Shown here piece by piece: positions 25,586 to 35,345 of a DNA stretch of 64,000 nucleotides (within the stretch, counting starts at the first letter, position 1; each line of letters opens with the position of its first letter). The DNA is from an uncultured Candidatus Melainabacteria bacterium (lineage in GTDB: Bacteria > Cyanobacteriota > Vampirovibrionia > Gastranaerophilales > Gastranaerophilaceae). A program made the translations under genes and the position numbers. Location of the stretch: the NCBI GenBank assembly GCA_947570135.1, contig CANOTP010000003.1:88197-152196 (forward strand), written 5' to 3'. A model generated the notes under the pieces. That model saw nothing but the letters and a program-made list of their open reading frames with translations. It had not been told where the DNA came from and did no database searches.

Positions 25586-27289
25586 ATGAATAAGCTGAGT
25601 GCGGTATTAGTTTTGAATTTGGTTTTGTTTGCGTTGCCTTGTCAGGGCGCGTTTTTGGGTAATATTCCGCAAACAACTCTGCAAATTGCAAAAGACGCAG
25701 GGGATAATCAAAACCTTGGCATTCCGTCTTCAAAAATCGTAAGGGTCGGAATCGGAACCGATAATTTTGCATCTTACGAATGGAATTGTGCGCAAATCTA
25801 CGGCACAGGCGAGTTTGAGCTTTATAATAACAAAAACTACATAAATACCTACGATAGCGACAATGTTATTAAAGTTTCCATGGATGGAAATATTTTTGTT
25901 TTAAAAGACGTAGAAGATAACGTTATCGAAAAAGTTTCAGGACCGATTATTTTCAAGACGGATTTCGGATTTCTGGGGGTTAAGGGATTAAAACGTGCAG
26001 GGCACGATGCGATTTACCGTGGTCAATTGGAACTAGTTCCATCAACCAAATCAGGTAAGTTTCATATCGTTAATTCTATTGAACTTGAACAATATTTAAA
26101 AGGTGTTGTTCCCAACGAAATGCCTGTAAGTTTCGGGTTAGAAGCCTTGAAAGCTCAAAGTGTTGCGGCAAGAAATTATGTGCTTTCTCCTCGTGTTAAG
26201 GCTAATCCTAACTATGATGTTGTGGATTCTGTTGCAAGCCAGGTTTATTTTGGTGCGAACACCGAAAAAGAACTTTCTAACCGCGCAGTTAACGAAACCT
26301 CCGGGATTGTGGCATTATACGGTTGGGATTTGATTTTGGCTCAGTATTCTTCAACCGCGGGCGGGTACACGGAAAGCTTTGAGAATGCGTTTTCTGATCC
26401 TATAACAAAAAAATTTCCCTCAGACCCAAAGCCTTATTTGGTAGCAAAGCCTGATTATGATGATTTTAGACCCTTAAATACAGAAGAAGCGGCATCAAAA
26501 TTCTATAAATCAAAACCTAAGTCTTTTGATGTGAAATCTTCGTATTATCGTTGGGAGCGTGAGTGGAACGGACAAGAGATTCAGGACGCCATTCAGGCAA
26601 ATATCGCAGCGCAAAGTACAACAGGGTTTGTCTGTCCTGCAGTTCAAAAAGGCGAAACAATAGGAATTATTAAAGAATTAAAAGTTTTGCGCCGCGGGGA
26701 TTCGGGCAAGATTATGGAGCTTGAAATTGTAACCGATTGCGGCAGTTACGTTGTACAAAAAGAACTTGTTATAAGACGGCTTTTTACAAACAAAGGCAAG
26801 GCATTGCCAAGCGCAAATGTCGTGTTTGAACAGGAATATAACGAAAACGGTGATTTGATGTATGTAAAAGCTTACGGCGGCGGATTCGGACACGGTGTCG
26901 GAATGAGTCAGTACGGTGCAGGGTTTATGGGGAAAGAACTGAGTAAGTCGTTTGATGAAATCTTAAAACACTATTACTCAGGGATTACGCTCGCGACCGA
27001 GCCGAAAATCTTATCGCTGAAAATCGGGCAGGATAAGATTGTAAATAATTTCTACACAAAAAACGGTAAGGCTGTTTTAGTTGTTGATAACAAGTATAAA
27101 ACGGATTATATTGACGCTGTTATAAATAATGTTGATGAAAAGATTGAATTTGACACGACAACAAGGTATAATCAGATAGATTTATCAAAGTATTTAAGAT
27201 GCGGGATGAATATGGTGACATTTTTCTATCCTGTAACACAGGGCGGAAATAAGGCAGTCAGGATGTATATAGAATTGGCGGGAGAGTAA
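25586..27289 (+). CDS. SpoIID/LytB domain-containing protein
   Basis: A signal peptide is present, with YLKGVVPNEMP..EALKAQSVAARNY.. and GHGVGMSQYGA motifs. The start is taken at ATG 25586, 6 nt after TATAAT (25574-25579). Confidence 0.85.
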   Translation: MNKLSAVLVLNLVLFALPCQGAFLGNIPQTTLQIAKDAGDNQNLGIPSSKIVRVGIGTDNFASYEWNCAQIYGTGEFELYNNKNYINTYDSDNVIKVSMDGNIFVLKDVEDNVIEKVSGPIIFKTDFGFLGVKGLKRAGHDAIYRGQLELVPSTKSGKFHIVNSIELEQYLKGVVPNEMPVSFGLEALKAQSVAARNYVLSPRVKANPNYDVVDSVASQVYFGANTEKELSNRAVNETSGIVALYGWDLILAQYSSTAGGYTESFENAFSDPITKKFPSDPKPYLVAKPDYDDFRPLNTEEAASKFYKSKPKSFDVKSSYYRWEREWNGQEIQDAIQANIAAQSTTGFVCPAVQKGETIGIIKELKVLRRGDSGKIMELEIVTDCGSYVVQKELVIRRLFTNKGKALPSANVVFEQEYNENGDLMYVKAYGGGFGHGVGMSQYGAGFMGKELSKSFDEILKHYYSGITLATEPKILSLKIGQDKIVNNFYTKNGKAVLVVDNKYKTDYIDAVINNVDEKIEFDTTTRYNQIDLSKYLRCGMNMVTFFYPVTQGGNKAVRMYIELAGE

Positions 27290-28884
27290 TGACAGAGGCA
27301 GCACAAGATAAAACACCGAGCGTTTTAAAAGCGGCATGGCTTATTGCGGTTGTAACTATTGTAAGTAAGCTTATCGGGTTTGTTAGGGATATTATTATCG
27401 CAAATTACTATGGTGCGTCAATGGTTTCCGATGCTTATTATTACGCATACCAGATTCCTTCATTATCCTTAATTTTGCTTGGCGGAGTCGGTGGGCCGTT
27501 TCACAGTGCAACTGTTGCCGTTTTTTCAAAACTTATCCCAAATTTAAACGATAAACCGTCAGATGAGGTTAACAGACTTTATTCAACTTTTATGAATGCT
27601 ACGATAATCTTTTTCCTTATCTTGTCTGCCGTGATATTTTTATTTCCTAAGCGGATAATGGGACTTATAATCTCGGGTGGCTCGTTTGAGATGATTAATC
27701 TTGCGGCGGCGCATTTAAAAATAATGACACCGCTTCTCGTAATTGGCGGAATTGTCGGGATTTATTACGGGATTCTGATTATCTACAGGCAATTTATGCT
27801 TCCTAACCTGTCGCCGATTGTAATGAGTTTAGCGATTATCGGGGTTGTTATGGCTGTGCCGAACGATCAAAAAGGTTATTCGCTTGCCTGGGCAACAACA
27901 ATCGGTGCTGTGTTGCAGCTTATTATTCAATATCCGAATATAAGAAAGCTCGGGTACCGCCTGAAACCGTGTTTTGAATTTACTAATAATCCTGAATTTA
28001 AATCAATTTGCGAACTTTTATTCCCTGCTGTTTTAAGTTCTACTGTTGGGCAAATTCATATTTATGTTGATATGTTTTTCACCTCATCAATCTCAGAAGG
28101 TGCTTGGACAGCGATTGGATATGCCAATAGAGTTTTTCAGTTCCCTGTAGGAATTTTAGTTACGGCGTTTTTGGTTCCGCTTTTTCCGATTTTTGCAAAA
28201 CTTGTTGCCGATAATGATTTTGACGGTATAAGAAAATATTTTAATAAAGGTGTCGGGGTATTGTTTTTCGGTGCAATCCCGATAATTATCGGAATCCTTG
28301 TTGTAGGTATGGACGCTGTAAGGCTTGTGTTTGAACACGGTGTGTTTGATTCAAATGCAACGTTTATGGTGACAGAAGCGCTGTGGTTCTTATCTGTTTC
28401 AATTATTCCTTATGTATTTAGGGATTCTATTACAAGGGTTTATTATTCGTTTAATGACTCGGCAACACCGTTTGTTGTTGCGTTTTCTTCCATTGTATTA
28501 AAACTTTTATTAAACTGGGTTTTAATTTCAAAAATGCACTTTGGTATCGGCGGGATTACCTTATCTACGTCACTTGTAACTTTGTTTAATGCTTGTGTTC
28601 TTGGCGTATTAATGACTAAAAAAATGAAAATGGATTATAAATCTTTGTTTACTAACTTGTTTAAAATGATTATATCGGGTATAATAACTTTTGGAGTATG
28701 TTTGTTATGTGCTTATTGGTATGATAAGTTTATAACCTTACCTAAAATTCCGTTTGAAATAGTAAAAATCGGTTTAATAGCAATAGTATGCTTGGGTATT
28801 TATGTTCCGCTGAATTTATTATTTAAAATGGAATATGCAGGAGAGTTGTTTAATAGATTGTCAGCAAAATTTATACGGAAATAA
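27289..28884 (+). CDS. murJ: Lipid II flippase MurJ (MviN family)
   Basis: 531-aa polytopic ORF with the typical N-terminal region SKLIGFVRDIIIANYYGAS..DAYYYAYQIP. Confidence 0.9.
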   Translation: MTEAAQDKTPSVLKAAWLIAVVTIVSKLIGFVRDIIIANYYGASMVSDAYYYAYQIPSLSLILLGGVGGPFHSATVAVFSKLIPNLNDKPSDEVNRLYSTFMNATIIFFLILSAVIFLFPKRIMGLIISGGSFEMINLAAAHLKIMTPLLVIGGIVGIYYGILIIYRQFMLPNLSPIVMSLAIIGVVMAVPNDQKGYSLAWATTIGAVLQLIIQYPNIRKLGYRLKPCFEFTNNPEFKSICELLFPAVLSSTVGQIHIYVDMFFTSSISEGAWTAIGYANRVFQFPVGILVTAFLVPLFPIFAKLVADNDFDGIRKYFNKGVGVLFFGAIPIIIGILVVGMDAVRLVFEHGVFDSNATFMVTEALWFLSVSIIPYVFRDSITRVYYSFNDSATPFVVAFSSIVLKLLLNWVLISKMHFGIGGITLSTSLVTLFNACVLGVLMTKKMKMDYKSLFTNLFKMIISGIITFGVCLLCAYWYDKFITLPKIPFEIVKIGLIAIVCLGIYVPLNLLFKMEYAGELFNRLSAKFIRK

Positions 28885-28924
28885 GAGAATATACAAACAG
28901 TTAAAACAGAGTTAGAGTAGAGTT

Positions 28925-29281
28925 ATGCAGTTACGAGTCGGTCAAAGTCTTGATAGTAGCAGAGTACGCTTGGATTTTAAGAAAAGTCCGAGTACGCCTG
29001 ACAGTGCTCCAAGTTATGAAATCGAAAAAACAAGAGCTGATGAATTTGTTAAAAAATATAACTCGCAAGGTGCAAAGTTATTTACCATAACACAAGTATC
29101 GGCTAATTTAGGCGCATTACTTGGTTGTATTGCAGGTTTTCACAAACGCTCGGTTAAGATGATGTTTGGAGGAGCCTTTGCAGGGCTTGTGTCAGGCTTT
29201 CTTTTAGGAACTGGGTATACTGTTTATAAGAAAAACTCTCTTATGAAAGAGTATGATGTAAAACAGATTTCTAAAAAATAA
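28925..29281 (+). CDS. Hypothetical membrane protein
   Basis: 118-aa ORF with two Gly-rich hydrophobic segments. No family recognised. Confidence 0.4.
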   Translation: MQLRVGQSLDSSRVRLDFKKSPSTPDSAPSYEIEKTRADEFVKKYNSQGAKLFTITQVSANLGALLGCIAGFHKRSVKMMFGGAFAGLVSGFLLGTGYTVYKKNSLMKEYDVKQISKK

Positions 29282-29303
29282 AATAGGATTTAGGGAAGTT
29301 TTA

Positions 29304-29753
29304 ATGAAAGAGAAATTTAAGCCAAATATTGATGAGCGCCCTGTAATGATTGTACTAGGTGTTGCTGCATTTTATTTGATTATTGAGTTTTTTATCGTTT
29401 ATCTGTTTTTACTTCATAGAATTAATTTTGTTGTAATGTTTGTTTCTTCTGTTTTATTTATGCTGATTTACCTGCCGAGGTTTTTGATTATTTATAAGCT
29501 TAAAACTCGAGACAGGGTTAAAGTCATTGATGAATTTCTGATGATAAATGATATCGGAGTTGCGCTTTGTGATATTCTGGACTTTAAGGTTGATGTTGAA
29601 AAACCGCAGGTAGTGTTTTTTATCAATAATAAAATGGTAGTGTTTCAGCAGGCAAAATTTCACCTGAAACTCAAAAACGGCATAACAACATTTACCGTTG
29701 TCGGCGGTGAAAAAATCAGATTACTTGAAGAATTTTTGAGATGTGCTTCTTAA
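29304..29753 (+). CDS. Hypothetical membrane protein
   Basis: 149-aa ORF with two N-terminal TM helices. Its stop abuts the cysS stop. Confidence 0.45.
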   Translation: MKEKFKPNIDERPVMIVLGVAAFYLIIEFFIVYLFLLHRINFVVMFVSSVLFMLIYLPRFLIIYKLKTRDRVKVIDEFLMINDIGVALCDILDFKVDVEKPQVVFFINNKMVVFQQAKFHLKLKNGITTFTVVGGEKIRLLEEFLRCAS

Positions 29754-31127
29754 TTATTTACCCTCAACGGTAGTTCCGTCTTTGGTGTCTTTCAGGACAA
29801 TTCCGACTTCATCCAGTGCGATTCTGATTTTGTCTGCGATATCCCAGTTTTTCTCGGCACGGGCTTGTTTACGAAGTTCAAGGATTTCTTCCATTGAACC
29901 AAAAGTTTGTCCTAGACGTTCTGAAACTTTTTCAACACCTTTTTTCAAGTCGTCTTCTGATAAACCTGCTTTTTCGAAGGTGAAACCTAAAACTGTTCCG
30001 AGTTTATAAAGAATTGTGTAAGCATCTTTTTCATCCTTGTTTGCGCGGGTTGCAAGATCAAACAGGATAGCAAGCGCTTTTGATGTGTTCAAATCCTCAT
30101 CCATTGCTTCAACAAATGCTTTGTATTCATCTGTTGTTGTAATATCAAGTTCTTCGTTTATAGGTGTTTGTTTAGCGTTTGTAAGACGTTTTGCGCCTGC
30201 TTTTGCGGCGGTTAATGCTTCATCCGAAAATTCTACAGGCATTCTGTAATGATTTGTGAGGATGAATAATCTTAACGTATTAGCATCATAATTTTTTAAC
30301 ATATCATCTATTGTTAAAAAATTACCCAACGATTTTGACATTTTTTCTTTGTTAATAGTCACAAAACCGTTATGGAGCCAGTAATTTACGAATTTGCATC
30401 CGTTAGCGCATTCTGATTGAGCGATTTCGTTTTCGTGGTGCGGGAAGATTAAGTCTGCCCCGCCTGCGTGGATATCAATGGTTTTACCCAAGTATTTTCT
30501 GCTCATCGCAGAACACTCAATGTGCCAGCCCGGGCGTCCGACACCCCAAGGTGAATTGTACCCAAATTTTTCATCACGTTTCCACAGCGCAAAGTCAAGC
30601 GGATCTTCTTTTAAATCTCCGACTTCAATTCTTGCACCGCTTTCCAGTTGGTCAATTGGCTGTTTTGAAAGATAACCGTAGCGAGAGAATTTTTTTACTC
30701 TGAAATATACATCTCCGTCAGCTTCGTAAGCATAACCGTTTGCGATTAAGTCTTTTACGATAGAAATCATTTCACCTAATGTTTTTGTTGCAAAAGGTTC
30801 AATATCAGGGGATAAAGTGTTCAGAGCTTTCATTGAGTTTGAAAACTGTTTGTACCAGTATTGTGAAACTTCTGTCGGCGTTTTTCCTTCTTTTTCTGCT
30901 TTTTTTAGGATTTTATCATCAACATCGGTTACGTTGCGGCAGTATGTTACGTCATATCCGCGAAATTTTAGGTATCTGTATAAAATATCCCAGGTTATAT
31001 AACATCTTGCGTGTCCTAAGTGTGCGTGATCATATACGGTCGGACCGCAAACGTACATTTTAACTTTATTATCTTCAATTGGTTTAAATTCTTCGACAGT
31101 GTTTGTATAAGAGTTAAATAATCTCAT
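29754..31127 (-). CDS. cysS: Cysteine--tRNA ligase
   Basis: 457-aa ORF with a HIGH-type motif (HLGHAR) and KMSKS. Confidence 0.96.
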   Translation of the reverse strand: MRLFNSYTNTVEEFKPIEDNKVKMYVCGPTVYDHAHLGHARCYITWDILYRYLKFRGYDVTYCRNVTDVDDKILKKAEKEGKTPTEVSQYWYKQFSNSMKALNTLSPDIEPFATKTLGEMISIVKDLIANGYAYEADGDVYFRVKKFSRYGYLSKQPIDQLESGARIEVGDLKEDPLDFALWKRDEKFGYNSPWGVGRPGWHIECSAMSRKYLGKTIDIHAGGADLIFPHHENEIAQSECANGCKFVNYWLHNGFVTINKEKMSKSLGNFLTIDDMLKNYDANTLRLFILTNHYRMPVEFSDEALTAAKAGAKRLTNAKQTPINEELDITTTDEYKAFVEAMDEDLNTSKALAILFDLATRANKDEKDAYTILYKLGTVLGFTFEKAGLSEDDLKKGVEKVSERLGQTFGSMEEILELRKQARAEKNWDIADKIRIALDEVGIVLKDTKDGTTVEGK

Positions 31128-31275
31128 AAAAATCCCTCATTTCTTACATAAATTTTACTACAAACAAATAAATTTTATTAACAAATGTAAATCAATATAA
31201 ATTTTATAGCAATTATTAAAAGAAACAATACTTAAATATTATATACGATTTATATAAAAATATGAGGATAATTAC

Positions 31276-32016
31276 ATGAGTGAAGTTTCAAAAACAAGTG
31301 GTGTAGTACAAGCAAGAGGAACAGCAAAAGCAGGTGCAAAGGCCGGTGCTAAGCCGAAAAAAACTAAAGAACCTGTTAATATGAAATCAAACAAGACAAC
31401 GCAGGTAAAAGTGCCGCAAAAACCTGTGCCAAAAATTATTACGGTGACTGCGGGTTCAGGATGCAGCTTGGGTTATCTTGCAGAAGTTCATAATACAACT
31501 GTTGCCGAAATTATGAAGCTTAATCCTGATATTAAAAATGCTGATAATATTAGGGAAGGTCAAAGAATAAAAGTCAGTCATATTGATCAGAAGGAGCTTG
31601 ATGCTTATAATGCTTACCAGACAGAGTTGTCTAATCAACAATGGGAAGCTGAAAAAGCTGCAAGGTTAAAGAAAAAAATTGAAGCTGCTACAGCAGGTAT
31701 TCAGCAAGCTACAGAAATGGGATATGATGAATACTATAAATTTGCTATAAATCAAAAAACAGGTGAAGTGACTATTACCTTGAAAACAGATAAAGAACTT
31801 GGAGATATTAGAAAAGGTCTTGGCTTGCCACGCGGACACTTACGTTCAAAAAATCCAAAGATTATGGAAAAATACAGCGCAGGTAATCTTTATGACATTG
31901 ATAATTATGTCAGAATAAAAGACTGGGACGACGCGGAAGCTAAAAAAGGTGATAAATTTGTTATTGACGGTGATTGTATTAATCCTAAAAAAGGCTTTTT
32001 CGGCGGCAGATACTAA
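31276..32016 (+). CDS. LysM domain-containing protein
   Basis: ITVTAGSGCSLGYLAEVHNTTVAEIMKLNPDIKNADNIREGQRIKV is a LysM motif. The N-terminus is basic and low-complexity. Confidence 0.65.
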   Translation: MSEVSKTSGVVQARGTAKAGAKAGAKPKKTKEPVNMKSNKTTQVKVPQKPVPKIITVTAGSGCSLGYLAEVHNTTVAEIMKLNPDIKNADNIREGQRIKVSHIDQKELDAYNAYQTELSNQQWEAEKAARLKKKIEAATAGIQQATEMGYDEYYKFAINQKTGEVTITLKTDKELGDIRKGLGLPRGHLRSKNPKIMEKYSAGNLYDIDNYVRIKDWDDAEAKKGDKFVIDGDCINPKKGFFGGRY

Positions 32017-32645
32017 GAAAATAAATCAAAGATTTCAAATATCGGTTGGAGTAATTCTTCGACCGATATTTTTTCGTCAAGTTCAAGCGTGATTATCGGG
32101 ATATTGCGTTCAACTCCCGCCCAGGTACCGAAACTTCCGGGGGTCGGATAGCCGATACTCGGTTCTACGGGATATTTTATTATATCTGAAATCATTTGCG
32201 CGATATCTTCTGCGGGTCCGTCGTAGTTTACGATTTTATATGGGGCGTGAAGAGTTAAAATAAGTTTTGGCTGATATTTTTCTATAACATCTATGACAAA
32301 TCTTGTTTCAATCTCGCTAACTGGAGCGGTTCCGCTGTAGTAATCCGTAGGGTTGGAGCCTGCTTTACTTGTGTCTTGCCCCCAGTTTTTTGTCGGAAAA
32401 TTCCTGTTTATATCGACATTGTTTGCGTTAACCCGTGTATTTAACCCCATTCCGTCAGGGTTCAGGCATGGGATAAAAAGTTTGCCTTGGGAGTTTTTAT
32501 CTGCTAAGTATTTTTCAATTAAAAACTTCCCCTGAGGCTCATCACCATGTACAACACCTATTATAAGTGTTTGGTTTTTGTCAGGGGTGCCGATAAGTTC
32601 AACAGTGTTGCCAAGCTTTGTTTTTACCGAATTTAATACTTGCAT
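32013..32645 (-). CDS. M14-family zinc carboxypeptidase-like protein (murein peptide amidase MpaA-like)
   Basis: HGDEPQG (HxxE zinc ligands), NPDG and NRNFP motifs are present. Confidence 0.7.
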   Translation of the reverse strand: MQVLNSVKTKLGNTVELIGTPDKNQTLIIGVVHGDEPQGKFLIEKYLADKNSQGKLFIPCLNPDGMGLNTRVNANNVDINRNFPTKNWGQDTSKAGSNPTDYYSGTAPVSEIETRFVIDVIEKYQPKLILTLHAPYKIVNYDGPAEDIAQMISDIIKYPVEPSIGYPTPGSFGTWAGVERNIPIITLELDEKISVEELLQPIFEIFDLFS

Positions 32646-32659
32646 TTACTTCCCTCTTC

Positions 32660-33577
32660 TTAATTAAACAACGCTTCAATAAAATCATCAGGATTAAACG
32701 CTTTCAAGTCTGTCATTTTTTCGCCGACTCCGACAAGTTTTACCGGTAATTTCATTTCTTTTGCTATTGCGATAATTATTGCACCTTTTGCGCTTCCGTC
32801 AAGTTTTGTCAGCGCAACTGATGTAAGATTGACGGATTCGGTAAATACTTTTGCCTGCTGCAAACCGTTTTGACCTGTGTTAGCATCAATTACAAGAATG
32901 CTTTCACGTAAAGCTTCAGGTGCCTGTTTATCAATAACAGTTTTAATCTTTTTTAATTCTTCCATAAGGTTGAATTTGTTTTGCAATCTTCCTGCCGTGT
33001 CAACCAAAATGACGTCATAAGTTTCTTTTTTAGCTTTTTGGATAGCTTCATAAACAACTGAGGCAGGGTCTGCTTTATCACGTCGGACTATATCAGCACC
33101 TGCACGTTCTGACCAGATGTTTAACTGTTCTTCTGCGGCTGCACGGAAAGTGTCACCTGCCGCGATTAGAACTTTCTTACCTTCCTGTTTAAATTTGTAT
33201 GCAAGTTTTGCAATCAGCGTGGTTTTTCCTGCACCGTTCACGCCTGCGATAAAATAAATATTTAATTCGTTTTCTTTATAATTAAGTTCGGTTGAACCTG
33301 CATCAGATAATTTTTTTTTAAATTCTTCTTTCAGATATTCTTTTAATTCGGACGGTTTGGCGTTCTTTTTCCCGCGAAGATTATCGACAAGTTCAACCGC
33401 GTAATCCACACCTAAATCCGCGCTGATTAGAGTATCCTCTATATCATCAAGCGCAAATTCTGAATACTGTTCATCTGACGGGTTAACATTTGATAAAACG
33501 TCCCCAACTAACGATTTTGCCGTATTTGAAACGGTTTGTTTTAAGTTTTCAATCTTATCTTTAAAGAATCCGAACAT
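32660..33577 (-). CDS. ftsY: Signal recognition particle receptor FtsY
   Basis: SRP-GTPase motifs GVNGAGKTT, DTAGR and TKLDG are present. An extended -10 (TGCTAAACT on the minus strand, 33584-33592) lies 6 nt before the ATG. Confidence 0.95.
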   Translation of the reverse strand: MFGFFKDKIENLKQTVSNTAKSLVGDVLSNVNPSDEQYSEFALDDIEDTLISADLGVDYAVELVDNLRGKKNAKPSELKEYLKEEFKKKLSDAGSTELNYKENELNIYFIAGVNGAGKTTLIAKLAYKFKQEGKKVLIAAGDTFRAAAEEQLNIWSERAGADIVRRDKADPASVVYEAIQKAKKETYDVILVDTAGRLQNKFNLMEELKKIKTVIDKQAPEALRESILVIDANTGQNGLQQAKVFTESVNLTSVALTKLDGSAKGAIIIAIAKEMKLPVKLVGVGEKMTDLKAFNPDDFIEALFN

Positions 33578-33602
33578 ACCAAGAGTTTAGCATAAATATT
33601 TA

Positions 33603-34270
33603 TTACTTCCAAGGATAATCAGTTGGGATTTCCCAGCCGTTTCTTTGAATTAAAACTGCACAATACAGACCGTCACCTGTTTTTGAACAACTTCGTTTGA
33701 TTTCTTCATTTGTCTTGTTTGCTCCGTACGGAAATACTGAGCTGTTTTCTTCCTGTCTGTATAAAAAGAAAACATCTTTGCCGTGTGTATTAGGGCCTTG
33801 GCTTCCGTTTATGTCAATGATAATCATTCGGTCATTGTTTTCGGAAAGAGCATTTGTTATGACTGAATATGTATATAAAAGTCCGTCCATAGTGATAAAC
33901 GGACGTCGATTTTGATACACGGGAGAATTATAATTATTGTATGTTCCATTCATGTGTTTCCATACGTTACCTGGGGCTTTATATCCGCATTCCATATTTG
34001 TTTTGCAGATTTTTGTTATTTTCATGTATGGAGAAAGATATTTGTTAATAAAAGTTATTGGCTCTAATGTTTTATCCCAGGTGTCAATTTCACCGTTTTC
34101 TTCTTCAGACATTCTTATTGTCTGATTGATTGTTGAAACCGCTTTTTTTAACTTTGCTGCAGTACTTTTTTTTGATGTGTTGCAATAAGATTAGGTATAG
34201 TCATTGTTGCAACAACACCGATTATTCCAAGAGTAATCAGCACCTCTGCCAATGTAAATGCCCTTTTCAA
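33603..34270 (-). pseudogene. Prepilin-like gene interrupted by a frameshift at an A8 tract (candidate phase-variable gene)
   Basis: GGAGG-N6-TTG encodes (M)KRAFTLAEVLITLGIIGVVATMTIPNLIATHQKK, then the frame is lost at A8 (34166-34173). With A9 it would read ..HQKKSTAAKLKKAVSTINQTIRMSEEENG.., continuous with track ORF 33603-34112 (..IIDINGSQGPNTHGKDVFFLY..LIQRNGWEIPTDYPWK). Confidence 0.75.
34166..34173 (-). repeat. A8 homopolymer (coding strand) at the frameshift point of the pilin gene
   Basis: T8 on the plus strand. The ORF track confirms that the N- and C-terminal parts are in different frames. Confidence 0.75.
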
Positions 34271-34285
34271 AACAAACCTCCTTAT

Positions 34286-34303
34286 CTATCGCGTTCGCGA
34301 TAG
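34286..34303. promoter_or_regulatory. Perfect 18-bp palindrome CTATCGCG-TT-CGCGATAG (candidate operator or 5'-UTR hairpin)
   Basis: This GC-rich inverted repeat lies between the predicted pilin -10 (34314-34319) and the pilin RBS (34277-34281). Confidence 0.4.
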
Positions 34304-34313
34304 GATAGTTTTT

Positions 34314-34342
34314 ATATTACATTAAAAATCATTATTATGCAA
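34314..34342 (-). promoter_or_regulatory. Candidate sigma70-type promoter of pilin gene 33603-34270
   Basis: The minus strand reads TTGCAT (34342-34337), a 17-nt spacer, then TAATAT (34319-34314). The -35 hexamer is the reverse complement of the XRE start ATGCAA. Confidence 0.4.
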
Positions 34343-34597
34343 GAGGTTAAGAAAAAAATTATTTGTTCATCGTTAGCAAAGACCGTAAAACGTCTGAGAG
34401 GGAGTAAAAGTCAGTTTATTTTGGGTGCTGAGTATGATATTCCCTCATCTGTTATAAGTGATATTGAACGCGCAGTAAAAGACCCGCAGTTAACAACTTT
34501 ATTCAAATTATCATCAGCGTTCGGATTGACTGTTTCTGAGTTTATGAAAGAATTAGAAAATGAGCTTCCCGAAAAATTTTCGGTAAGCGAAGAGTAA
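34337..34597 (+). CDS. XRE-like HTH regulator, divergent partner of pilin 33603
   Basis: 86-aa ORF: ..LAKTVKRLRGSKSQFILGAEYDIPSSVISDIERAVKDPQLTTLFKLSSAFGLTVSEFM fits the HTH_XRE pattern, though divergent. Confidence 0.75.
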   Translation: MQEVKKKIICSSLAKTVKRLRGSKSQFILGAEYDIPSSVISDIERAVKDPQLTTLFKLSSAFGLTVSEFMKELENELPEKFSVSEE

Positions 34598-34616
34598 AAA
34601 ATCGTTGACGAAAGAT

Positions 34617-35276
34617 TTATTTAACTCCGTTATCAACGATAACTTTTGCCAGAACTCCATTAATAAATGATGCACTGTCATCGGTTGAGTATTTTTTAGC
34701 AAGTTCTAATGCTTCATCAACAACAACTTTCATCGGTGTTTCTTTAATGTATAAAAGTTCTGAGATTGCGATTCTTAAAATATCTTTATCCATTTTAACA
34801 AGTCTATCAAAATCCCAGCCTGTTGAATATTTTTGAATCATTCCGTCGATTTCTTCGTGATTTTTTTGGAAAGTTTCTGCAATTTGGATTGCATAATTTT
34901 TTACATCATTCTGAGATTCAAGTGTGGTAAATTCTGCGATTTCAAGTGCCAGAATTGCTTTTTCCGCAACTTCAATCATCTCATCAATTCTGTTTGTCAT
35001 ATCAGATGTCATTGGAAGCGGAACCGCGATATTTGCAGCTTCAAGTGGTCTATTTAAGTTTATTTCGTGCTCTGCTTCGTAATCATCAATTTTATTTTTC
35101 ATATCAATCAAAGCACCAAGCGATGTTTTCATATCGTCTTGTGCACTGCTTGAAAGGATTCTTACTGATTTTAATATAATATCGTCTAAATTTTCTTTTG
35201 AATAGTTTGTAATAGTTTTGTCAAATTGAGAAAAAAGTATAAATGCTAATTCTCTTGATGCTCTGCGGGCTTGCAT
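34617..35276 (-). CDS. nusB: Transcription antitermination factor NusB (with internal insertion)
   Basis: N-terminal ARRASRELAFILFSQ and C-terminal DILRIAISELLY..P.KVVVDEALELAKKY...SASFINGVLAKV are present. At 219 aa it is longer than typical NusB. Confidence 0.8.
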   Translation of the reverse strand: MQARRASRELAFILFSQFDKTITNYSKENLDDIILKSVRILSSSAQDDMKTSLGALIDMKNKIDDYEAEHEINLNRPLEAANIAVPLPMTSDMTNRIDEMIEVAEKAILALEIAEFTTLESQNDVKNYAIQIAETFQKNHEEIDGMIQKYSTGWDFDRLVKMDKDILRIAISELLYIKETPMKVVVDEALELAKKYSTDDSASFINGVLAKVIVDNGVK

Positions 35277-35345
35277 AATTTACCTCATAATCTTTTCATA
35301 TCTTATATGAGATTATGCTATCACGAAAAAATTTTTACGTAAAGG

